Source: Eledone cirrhosa (Eukaryota). Taken from it: DNA of 64,000 nucleotides. The notes beneath the pieces were generated by a model. It worked only from the letters and a program-made list of their open reading frames with translations. It searched no databases and was not told the DNA's origin. Positions within the stretch are counted from its first letter, which is position 1. Each line of letters starts with the position of its first letter. Positions 53,473 to 64,000 of the stretch are shown here, one piece after another. The stretch lies in assembly GCA_964016885.1 (NCBI GenBank), contig OZ024740.1:215698001-215762000 (forward strand), in the 5' to 3' direction. Made by a program: the position numbers and the translations under genes.

Positions 53473-53658
53473 AATTGTTTCTACTTTTGGCACAAGGCCA
53501 GCACTTACTCAGTGTTTTACTGGTATTTTATTTTATCGACCCCATAAGGATGAAAGGCAAAGTTAACCTTGGCGGGATTTGAACTCAGAATGGAAAGGGC
53601 CGTAACTCTTTGCGTCAAAGCATGGCGTCCGACCCTCTACCGATACTGCCAATCCACT
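53473..53658 (-). mobile_element. Full-length SINE
   Basis: Same family as 6807. Confidence 0.85.
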
Positions 53659-53671
53659 GTAATATAATATG

Positions 53672-53935
53672 AATATATAAGGGAACAAAGAATCAGCGTT
53701 GTATCATATACATATTTAATTACATATTACATATGTTTCACTGTCGATCAACTCCAGGAACGATCAATTAAAGATCAATCTCGAATGACTCTAGAAGCAG
53801 AAGCTCCTCAGATATGTGTTCACGTGTAGACACTACAGGATCATTAATCGATCATTCCTCGAGCAGATCGACAATGAAACATATGTAATTAAATATGTAT
53901 ATAATGCAACACTGATTTTTGTTCCCTTATATATT
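53672..53935. mobile_element. Foldback/MITE with ~100-bp imperfect arms
   Basis: aatatataagggaacaaagaatcagcgttg ... caacactgatttttgttcccttatatatt. Confidence 0.8.
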
Positions 53936-54043
53936 ATTATTATTGATACTCTGCTTCCCACAAGCATCGACTGCTCATGTTGGCATTCCACCTATGGTAA
54001 CGTAATTAATTTGCACCTCTAATACCTATATATATATATATAT

Positions 54044-55153
54044 AAAGTATGGGTGCATAAAAGATGTAGTGGGATCACAGGTAAGCTAACTAAGAACATA
54101 GATTTTACATGTGGCCGGTGCTCTGGTGCAATAAGTAGCAGCAAGTGCCCACAAAATACTAGCTCTTTCAATTGCGCAGAGGGTTCTATAGAAATAGTGG
54201 ACAGCTTCCGTTACCTGGGTGACAAAATCAGCAGTGGGGGAGGGTGCTCTGAAAGTACAGTAGCTAGAGTCAGAACTGGATGGAAAAAGTTCAGAGGGCT
54301 TATACCACTATTAGCCGCTAAAGGGTTCTCCCTAAAAATGAAAGGCAGGTTGTATGATGCCTGCATACGAACAGCAATGTTGCATGAGACCTGGGCATTG
54401 TGTGCAGAGGATATATTCAGACTAGAGAGGAACGAAGCTTGCATGCTCCGCTGGATGTGTAATAGTAATATACGTGAACGGCAAAGCATAAACGAACTAA
54501 AGAAAAAATTAGAAATAAGAGGGATCAGATGTTGTTTACTCGAGAGAAGGCTACGTTGGTATGGTCACGTGATGCGCATGAAAGACGACAGCTGTATAAC
54601 AAAGTGCAGGGCAATAAAGATAGACGGTAGCCACGGAGTAGGCAGACCCAGAAAAACCTGGGACGAGCTGATAAATTCCGACCTCACACACTTACACCTC
54701 TCCAAGACACTGTCACTGGACCGAGACCTTTGGCGGAACTCAGTAATAGAGAAGACCCGCCTTACCTAAATACAAAGTAAAACCTACTACAGTCAGTAGG
54801 CATCTCTAACAAAATACACCCCCGTCCCACCACCCCCACCCCATCCACACCGCCCCTTTCAATGTAAAGTTATGTTGATGCCACAACATCCAGGCCGAAA
54901 CAAATGAGATCGTGTAGGTGTCACGACAAAAAAACACACAGTCCACGCTGTAATGTGGCCGTGTAGGCAACACGGTAAAAACCTCCCAGCCCCACACTGT
55001 AAAGTGATTGGTGTTAGGAAGGGCATCCAGCTGTAGAAAACCCGCCAGAGAGTCCTATGCGAGCAATAACAACCACTCTTGCCTCAAGTGGGAAAACTCC
55101 CGTCCAAACCCATGCAAGCGTGGAACATGGACGTTAAACGATGATGATGATGA
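54044..55153 (+). mobile_element. RTE LINE 3' fragment (ORF 54053..54769)
   Basis: HKRCSG...FRYLG...RRLRWYGH...EKTRLT*, UTR, (GAT)n tail. Confidence 0.93.
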
Positions 55154-55288
55154 TATATATATATATATACAGTATATGTATGCATATATATATATATATA
55201 TGTATATATCATCATCAATGTCATTTAACATCTACCTTCTAAACTAGCACATATGTATATATGTGTATATATACATATATATATATAA

Positions 55289-55353
<65 letters not shown>

Positions 55354-55478
55354 TATGCACATATATATACATACATATACATATATATATACATATACAT
55401 ATATATATACATTTATACATATATATATATGTGTATATACATATACATACATATATATACATTTATACATATATACAT

Positions 55479-55519
<41 letters not shown>

Positions 55520-55541
55520 CATATACATATATATGTGAACG

Positions 55542-56740
55542 TATGTATAGTATATTTGACAATATACCGTATGTTTAATTAAAAACGTTTTGAAGACCAT
55601 ACACTGTAGAAACAGTAGACAGCTTCTGCTACCTAGGTGACCGAATTAGCAACGGAGGTGGGTGCTCAGAAAGTACAATAACTAGGGTAAGAACGGGATG
55701 GAAGAAGTTCAGGGAGCTACTACCACTGCTAGCTGCAAAAGGCTTCTCCCTCAGAATGAAAGGCAGACTGTATGATGCGTGTATCCGAACAGCGATGTTG
55801 CATGGTAGTGAGACCTGGGCGCTGAAGGTGGAAGACTTACGTAGATTAGAGAGAAACGAAGCCTGCATGCTCCGATGGATGTGTAACAGTAATATACGTG
55901 AACGACAAAGCATAAATGAATTGAGAGAGAGACTGAGCATAAGAGGAATCAAATGCTGCGTGCAGGAGAGGCGGTTACGCTGGTATGGACATGTGATGCG
56001 TATGAAGGATGACAGCTGCATAAAAAGGTGCAGAGCACTAGAAGTTGATGGAAACCGCGGAGTGGGGAGACCCAAGATGACTTGGGATGAGGTGATAAAA
56101 GCCGACCTTACCCAACTACACCTCTCAAAGTCAATGACACTCGACCGTGACTTCTGGCGTCACGCAGTAATACAGGGTACCCGACCTCCCATGGGTACAT
56201 GCTGAAGCATATAAACAATATGCCCCCCCCCCACCGCAAGGTGGTCGTGGAGGTGCCACGGCAAAAAAGCACCCAGCCCACACTGTAAAGTGGACGTGTA
56301 GGCGCCACGAAAAAGCACCCAGCACTCACTGTAAATGAGGTTGGTGTTAGGAAGGGCATCCAGCTGTAGAAATCAAGCCAGATCAGTTCCTGTATGAGCA
56401 AGGCATGGTCAGCCGACCAGACACTGCCCACAACAGGACAACCCGTCTAACCCATGCTAGCGTGGAAGAACGGACGTAAAACGGTGATGATGATGACACT
56501 ATCGGTTTTAAAGTAGTGACTATGTCACTTACATCTTTTCGGTAAAAAAAGGGAGAGAAGTTAATCTGTTTCACACTGTTTGGCGATCATCAGGGGGCGC
56601 GTGGCTCTGATGATCGCCTCTCTCCCTTCTTTCGCCGAAAAGAAGTAAGTGACATAGTCACTACTTTGAAACCGATAGTGTATGGTCTTCAAAATGTTCT
56701 TAATTAAACATACGGTATATTGTCAAATATACTATACATA
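55542..56740. mobile_element. Long-TIR foldback element interrupted by an RTE insertion
   Basis: Left arm 55542-55605 plus 56501-56557 is reverse-complementary to ~56619-56740. Confidence 0.8.
55606..56495 (+). mobile_element. RTE LINE 3' fragment (third subfamily) with ACACT TSD
   Basis: ORF 55756..56205. ACACT at 55601-55605 and 56496-56500. Confidence 0.9.
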
Positions 56741-56745
56741 TATAC

Positions 56746-57086
56746 AGGAGGCACATGGCTTAGTAGTTAGAGCATTGTCCTTGCAACCGAAAGGTTGTGA
56801 GTTCAATTCTCAGACCGGGTGATGTGTTGTTTCCTCGAGCAAGACACTTTATTTCACATTGCTCCAGTTTACTCAGCTGTAGAAATGAGATGATAGGGAC
56901 TGGGGTCCCTATCATTCCACTGCAAAGTGGTCGTGGAGGTGCCACGGCAAAAAAGCACCCAGCACTCACTGTAAATGAGGTTGGTGTTAGGAAGGGCATC
57001 CAGCTGTAGAAATCAAGCCAGAATCAGTTCCCGTCCCACCCTTGCAAGCAGGGAAACGCGGACGTAAAATGAAATGATGATGATGA
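56746..57086 (+). mobile_element. Complete SINE: tRNA head + CORE-like body + RTE-derived tail
   Basis: A box tggcttagtagtt, B box gagttcaattc, core gagcaagacacttt, tail gttggtgttaggaagggcatccagctgtagaaa...ggacgtaaaatg(atg)n. Confidence 0.8.
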
Positions 57087-57271
57087 CATTCATGTATACA
57101 ACGCTATTTCAGAGCACCAATCCTAATACATATATATGTATATATATATATATATATACATGTATGCATATATATATATACACACATATATATACATATA
57201 TATATACACATATATATATATATACATATATACACATATATATATATATATACATATATATACATATATAT

Positions 57272-59312
57272 ATCATCATCATCATCGTTTAACATCCATA
57301 TTCCACGCTTGCATGGGTTTGGACGCATAGGACTGTCTGGCGGGTTTTCTATGGCTGGATGCCCTTCCTAACACCAACCACATTTACAGTGTGGAACTGG
57401 GAGGTTTTTACCGTGTTACCTACACGGCCATATTTATAGCGTCGACTGTGTGTTTTTTTTGTCGTGACACCTACACGACCTCATTTGTTTCGGGCTGGAT
57501 GTTGTGACACCAACATAACTTTACATTGAAGGGGTGGTGTGGATGGGGTGGGGGTAGTGGGACGGGGGTGTATTTTGTCAGTGGTGCCTACTGACTGTAG
57601 TAGGTTTTACTTTGTATTTAGGTAAGGCGGGTCTTCTCTATTACTGAGTACCGCCAAAGGTTTCGGTCCAGTGACATTGTCTTGGAGAGGTGTAAGTGTG
57701 TGAGGTCGGAATTTATCAAGTCGTCCCAGGTTTTTCTGGGTCTGCCTACTCCATGGCTACCGTCTATTTTTATTGCCCTGCACTTTTTTATACAGCTGTC
57801 GTCTTTCATGCGCATCACGTGACCATACCAACGTAGTCTTCTCTCGAGTAAACAACATCTGATCCCTCTTATTTCTAATTTCTCCCTTAGTACATTTATG
57901 CTTTGCTGTTCACGTATGTTACTATTACACATCCAGTCTGCGTATATCCTCTGCACACAATGCCCAGGTCTCACTGCCATGTAACATTGCTGTTCGTATG
58001 CAGGCATCATACAGCCTGCCCTTCATTTTTAGAGAGAACCCTTTAGCAGCTAATAGTGGTATAAGCTCTCTGAACTTTTTCCATCCCGTTCTGACCCTAG
58101 CCACTGTACTTTCAGAGCACCCTCCCCCACTGCTGATTTTATCACCCAGGTAACGGAAGCTGTCCACTATTTCTATAGAACCATCTGTGCAATGGAACGA
58201 GTTAGTATTCTGTGGGCACTTGCTGCTACTTATTGCACCAGAGCACCGGCCACATATAAAATCTATATTCTTAGATAGTTTACCTGTGATCCCACTACAT
58301 CTTTTATGTACCCATACTTTGCATTTGGGACATAAAATAGAGTTTCTACCTACTTCTTTCCTACACACTGAGCATGGCCATTTCCCAGATGGGACCGGTG
58401 CCCTATTTTCCTTCCTACAAACTAGAACTTTAGTCTTAGACAAGTTAATTTTAAGGCCTTTTGATTCTAGGCCATGCTTCCATGTTTGGAATTTCTTCTC
58501 TAGTTCAGCCATTGATTCAGCTATGAGCGTTAGATCATCTGCATATAGGAGTTCCCATGGGCAGCCGGTCTTGAACTCCTCTGTTATAGCCTGAAGGGCA
58601 ATAATAAATAGTAGGGGGCTAAGGACGGAGCCCTGATGAACACCAACTTTTATGCTAAACTCTTCACTATATTCGTTGTTAATTCTAACCTTGCTGACTG
58701 TTTCTTTATACATGGCTTGTATAGCTCTCACAAGCCATTCATCAACACCTAGTTTTCTAAGGGCCCACCAGATAATCGAGCGGGGGTACTCTGTCAAAGG
58801 CTTTCTCCAAGTCAACAAAAGCTAAGTATAGGGGTTTACTTTTAGCTAGGTACTTCTCCTGTAGTTGTCGTACAATGAAAAGAGTGTCTGTTGTACTTTT
58901 ACCTGACACAAACCCGAACTGCATTTCGTCTAGATCAATTCGCTCTCTGATTAGTTGCGCTATTACTTTTTCTGTGACCTTAATGACCTGGTCAATTAAT
59001 TTAATGCCTCTATAGTTTCCCCTATCTAGGGCATCACCTTTACCCTTGTAGCAGTTAATGATGATGCTGCTGCGCCAGTCCTTCGGAACGACCCCATTCT
59101 GTATGACTTGGTTTACTATCCGGGTGACCATAGTGTGTCCCACCGTTCCAGATGCTTTCAGCATTTCGGCAACTATTTCCGAAGGCCCGGCCGCCTTGCC
59201 CGTCTTCATGTCTTTGATCGCCTTACTTATTATACTACCTTCAACTTGCACTGCTGGTCCCTCTATTGGGTCGATGTGGGGGAGACTGTCTTTCTCCCAA
59301 TTATTCTCCTTC
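57272..59312 (-). mobile_element. 5'-truncated RTE LINE with a complete but frameshifted RT region
   Basis: ORFs 58757..59251, 57925..58818 and 57618..58010: KAAGPS, NYRGIKL, QFGF, FVDLEKAFDRV, LYADD. Confidence 0.93.
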
Positions 59313-59542
59313 TACCTATTCCCTGATTTTGTCACCCAGGTAACGGAAGGTGTCCACTATTTCTATAGAACCATCTGGGCAATGGAAGGAGCTAGTATCC
59401 TGTGGGCACTTACTACTACTTATTGCACCTAAGTACCAGCCACATATAAAATCTATGTTCTTAGTTAGCTTACCTGTGATCCCACTACATCTATACATAT
59501 ACATATATATATATGTATATATACATATATATACATATAGAT

Positions 59543-59748
59543 ATTAAATGTAATCTGAGTTTTTCGAATAGTAATAACATTCGATTCATTTGCAATTTTG
59601 CAAACAAGCCTCAATTTAATAGCCATGTCAGTAGAATGAACACTTCATTCTTGCTCTTGTGTTGGTTATAAAATTGAGGCTTATTTGCAAAATTGCAAAT
59701 GAATCGAATGTTATTATTAATATTCGAAAAACTCAGATTATATTTAAT
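59543..59748. mobile_element. Foldback/MITE with ~80-bp arms
   Basis: attaaatgtaatctgagtttttcgaata...ttgcaaacaagcctcaattt pairs with aaattgaggcttatttgcaa...tattcgaaaaactcagattatatttaat. Confidence 0.8.
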
Positions 59749-59777
59749 GTATTCAGTCATATAGAGCGAAATTTTCT

Positions 59778-59815
<38 letters not shown>

Positions 59816-59819
59816 CATA

Positions 59820-60448
59820 TATAACGGCGGCGAAGATTCAAAACTGAATCTGAGCTTTCCCGCCCCTGGGACAAGCCATGGTAAGTTGTTTATGCTCGAC
59901 AGACCAACCCCTTGGGAGATACTAACCAAAGGTCAGAGGATATATCTATCCTTCTAACTTCAACCCTTATAAATACAAGTCTTGTTTACGCTCTGGCAGA
60001 AAAAGTGTGACCACGGACAAGAACGGACATTTCACCTACTCTGACAAATCTCCCTTCACGAAAAACGTCTGTCACTATTTCTCACATGCCTGACTTAGTT
60101 ATTACTACTACTACTGCTAAATCAAGAAAGTATACTAATACACACACACGCATTCATAGTAAGTTCACACTGTTTGCATTTTTACACGCACCATTTCTGT
60201 CATTCACATTGTATCTTTCAGATACAGTACAAATTATATTATAATCGTATTCTGTGATACTTGTATTTACGTGGCACGAAGAGCCACCTACTTATTGTAC
60301 GAATATTTCGTGTTATAGATTTTATCATTCAATATTCAAATTGAATATTGTTATAATAAAATAAATATTGTTACAACACAATCCTGGTATTATTCTTTGC
60401 ATTGAAACCATCTATCCACTTATCGTTACAATTCAAATATTCGTTACA
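59820..60448 (+). mobile_element. Probable solo LTR
   Basis: Starts TATAACG (TGTAACG-like) and ends CGTTACA. Internal TATAAATA (~59968) and AATAAA (~60355). Inserted in TA/CA repeats; TSD imperfect (CATA/CACA). Confidence 0.45.
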
Positions 60449-61085
<637 letters not shown>

Positions 61086-63129
61086 ATGATAACTCAAATT
61101 TCTTACGTGACAACTTACTGCAGGTTACTGAAAAAACTTGTGGCTGGAGCAGAGCTCCAACCAGACAGAGAGTGACCTGGTGGTGGAATAGCACAGTAGA
61201 TAGGGCCATTGGAGACAAAAGACTATTATGGGACACTTGGAAAAATGGTGGGAGTAGAGACCGATACGCAGCCACTAAGAGAGAAGCTAGACGTCAGGTG
61301 TACTTAGCACGCAGTCAGGCTGAGAATAGGAGGTTTGCCAATGTTCTGCGACGGGAAGATCAGAGATGTGCGGTGTTCTGCATTGCAAAGCAATGTGTCA
61401 GTGTAAATCAGGATTTTGTTGGAGATAAGTGTGTGCGAAATGATGCTGGTGTATTTAGTATCACTAATGATCAGAAAAGGAAGGCCTGGAAAGGTCATTA
61501 TGAGAGACTGATGAATATGGAGAACGAATGGGAGAGAGAGAAACTACCCCCAGTAGAACCGACAGAGGGACCAGCCACTGGACTGTCGGGGATAGTTGCT
61601 AAGATGCTGAAGCCATCAGGGGAAGTAGGCATTAAACTGGTTGCATGCATCATCAATCAAGCTATATATGGTGGTGTCATACCCAAAGACTGGGCAGCAG
61701 TATTCTCATAAATTGCTATAAAGGTAAAGGGGATGCTCTGGAGAGGAGCAACTATAGGGGTATAAAACTGATGGATCACGTTATGAAAGTGGCAGAAAGG
61801 ATATTAGCGCAACTGATTAGAGAAAGGGTCAAATTAGATGAGATGCAGTTTGGTTTTGTGCCAGGGAAAAGTCAACAGATGCCCTCTTCTTAGTGAGACA
61901 ATTGCAAGAGAGGTTCTTAGAGAAGAATAAGCCTTACTTAGCTTTTGTTGACCTAGAGAAGGCCTTTTATAGGGACCCCGATTTGTCATCTGGTGTCCCT
62001 AAGGAAACTAGGTGTAGAGGAATGGTTGGTGAGGATAGTGCAAGTTATGTACAGTGGTACTGTCAGTAAAGTGAGAGTAGGAATGGAATTTAGTGAGGAA
62101 TTCCAGATACAAGTAGGAGTACATCAAGGTTCGGTCCTCAGCCTGCTCTTGTTCATTATAGTCCTCCAAGCCATAACAGATGAGTTTAAGACTGGCTGCA
62201 CATGGGAACTTTTCTATGCTGATGATCTGGTTCTTATAGCAAAATCAGTAGAGGAGCTAGAGAATAAATTCTGGCCATGGAAACAGCAGTTGGAATCAAG
62301 AGGACTGAGAGTGAACCTAGCTAAGAAAAAAGTGTTGATAAGTAGAAAAGAGGACAAAACTCCGATTCCATCAGGGAAATGGCCATGTTCGATATGTAGA
62401 AAAGGAGCTGGCATAAATTCTATAAAATATACGCAATGCAGATCTTGGGTACACTAACAGGTAGGGAAAACTACATATGCAGTAGATGTACAGGGAAATT
62501 TGACAATAGAAGTCACAGTGATAGACACATTTTTCAAATGCAGGTAGGTTCTATAGAAGTGGTTGATAGCTTCCGGTACCTAGGTGATCAGATTAGCATG
62601 GGAGGGGGTGTTCTGAGGCCATATTGTCTAGAATAAGGATGGGTTGGAAGAAGTTTAGGGAGCTGGTTCCGCTGTTGATAAAGAAACGTTTTTCCCTGCG
62701 CACGAAAGGCCGGTTATATGATGCCTGAGACATGGGCAGCAACTGCAGAGGATATGCGACGGCTGGAGAAAAATAAAGCAAGCATGCTCCGTTGGATGTG
62801 TAATGTCAATGTGCGTGAACAACCAAGCATAGATGAGTTGAGAGAGAAATTGTGTATAAGAGGGATAAGTTGTAGTGTGCAACAGAGAAGGCTGCGATGG
62901 TATGGACATGTGATGAGCATGTGTAAAGACGTACCAAGAAATCCCAGTAGAAGGAAGACGCAGTATAGGAAGACCACAAAAAATATGGCCAGAGGTGGTG
63001 AGAGGAGACCTCAGATCGCTGAAGCTCACAAAGGAGATGACAAAGGACCATGACAAGTGGAGAGATGCTATGCTGAATAGGACTCGCCCCAGGGAATGGC
63101 AGACGTAAAATGATGATGATGATGATGAT
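61086..63129 (+). mobile_element. 5'-truncated degraded RTE LINE, same subfamily as 25751-28768
   Basis: [47 protein letters not shown], (GAT)n tail. Confidence 0.92.
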
Positions 63130-63329
63130 ATATATACATATCTCTCTATATATATGCATTATATTATGATATACACAAATGTATATATTTATGTGTTTAT
63201 GTATATATGTGTGTACACATCTATGTATGTATATACGTACATGCCGTGATATAAATATGAGCGTGTATGTGTAAACAAAAAGGAGGAAGTGAAAATAATG
63301 GAAAGAAAAGATGTTTTCTTTAACATAGA

Positions 63330-63810
63330 ATGGTGGGTGTATGTGGAGTGTGTGGTGTATGTGGATGGAGTGTGTGGTGTATGCGGAGTGTGTGGTGTGT
63401 GTGATGGAGAGAAGATTGGGTAGAGGAGTGTACTGAATCTAGGGTAAATCTGGGTGGTGGAGGTAGTAGGGTTTTATACATGAGGTAATGGTGTGTACTG
63501 GATATAACTGGAGTAGATCTGGCTGATGGAGGTAGTGGTGTGTACTGAATGGAACTGAGGGTGCGGGGTGGCCTAGATTTAGGGGGTGGAGGAGGAGGTG
63601 AGGGGTAGAGATGGTAGGAGGTGGGGTAGAGGGTAGGAGGTGGTGAGAGGTAGAAGAGATGGTAGGAAGTAGAGATGGTGGGAGGTAGAGGAGATGGTAG
63701 GTGGTGGGGCAGATGGTAGGAGGTAGAGGAGATGGTGGGAGGTGGAGGAGGTGGTGGGAGGTAGAAGAGGAGATGTTGGGAGGTAGAGGTGATGGTAGCA
63801 GGTTGGGTGG
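63330..63810. repeat. G/A-rich low-complexity tract (GGTAGAGGAGAT-like)
   Basis: Direct inspection. Confidence 0.8.
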
Positions 63811-64000
63811 AAATTTCAATTACCTTCAGCCTCTTTCCAGTACATTTCTGTTGATCAGGAGACATGAAAGTCACCAATATGATAAAAGAAAATATTTAAA
63901 AATTCATATTTCTCCTGCCTAGATTATATCCATACAGTACTGTACTATTGTATTGTACAGTATTGTATAATACTGTACTATAGTGTGGAGTATTGTATAG

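Overview
AT-rich, repeat-dense animal genomic DNA. The SINE, RTE and microsatellite landscape suggests an octopod cephalopod, which is an inference from recalled repeat families. There are no prokaryotic features. The only host gene I can support is SAMTOR/BMT2 (SAM sensor upstream of mTORC1) on the + strand. Two coding exons are visible: an internal exon (24398-24512) and the terminal exon (47438-48016), joined by a 22.9-kb GT-AG intron. The N-terminal exons were not found and probably lie upstream of the window. Everything else is mobile DNA or tandem repeat: decayed RTE-clade LINEs of several subfamilies, a CR1-like LINE, an R4/Dong-like fragment, tRNA-derived SINEs, mariner/Tc1-type MITEs, foldback elements, a probable solo LTR, and large mini/microsatellites. 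These repeats explain most of the ORF track. Best second-look items: (i) a ~518-bp near-perfect palindrome carrying two mirror-image minimal hammerhead-ribozyme motifs (Penelope-type), plus other hammerhead-like motifs in the window; (ii) an isolated 73-nt tRNA-shaped sequence with a GGC anticodon; (iii) recurrent tandem amplification of one 112-bp RTE 3'UTR segment; (iv) many inverted repeats that could make dsRNA in the SAMTOR pre-mRNA. I found no convincing wholly new protein-coding system. Boundaries of repeat features are read by eye and approximate.
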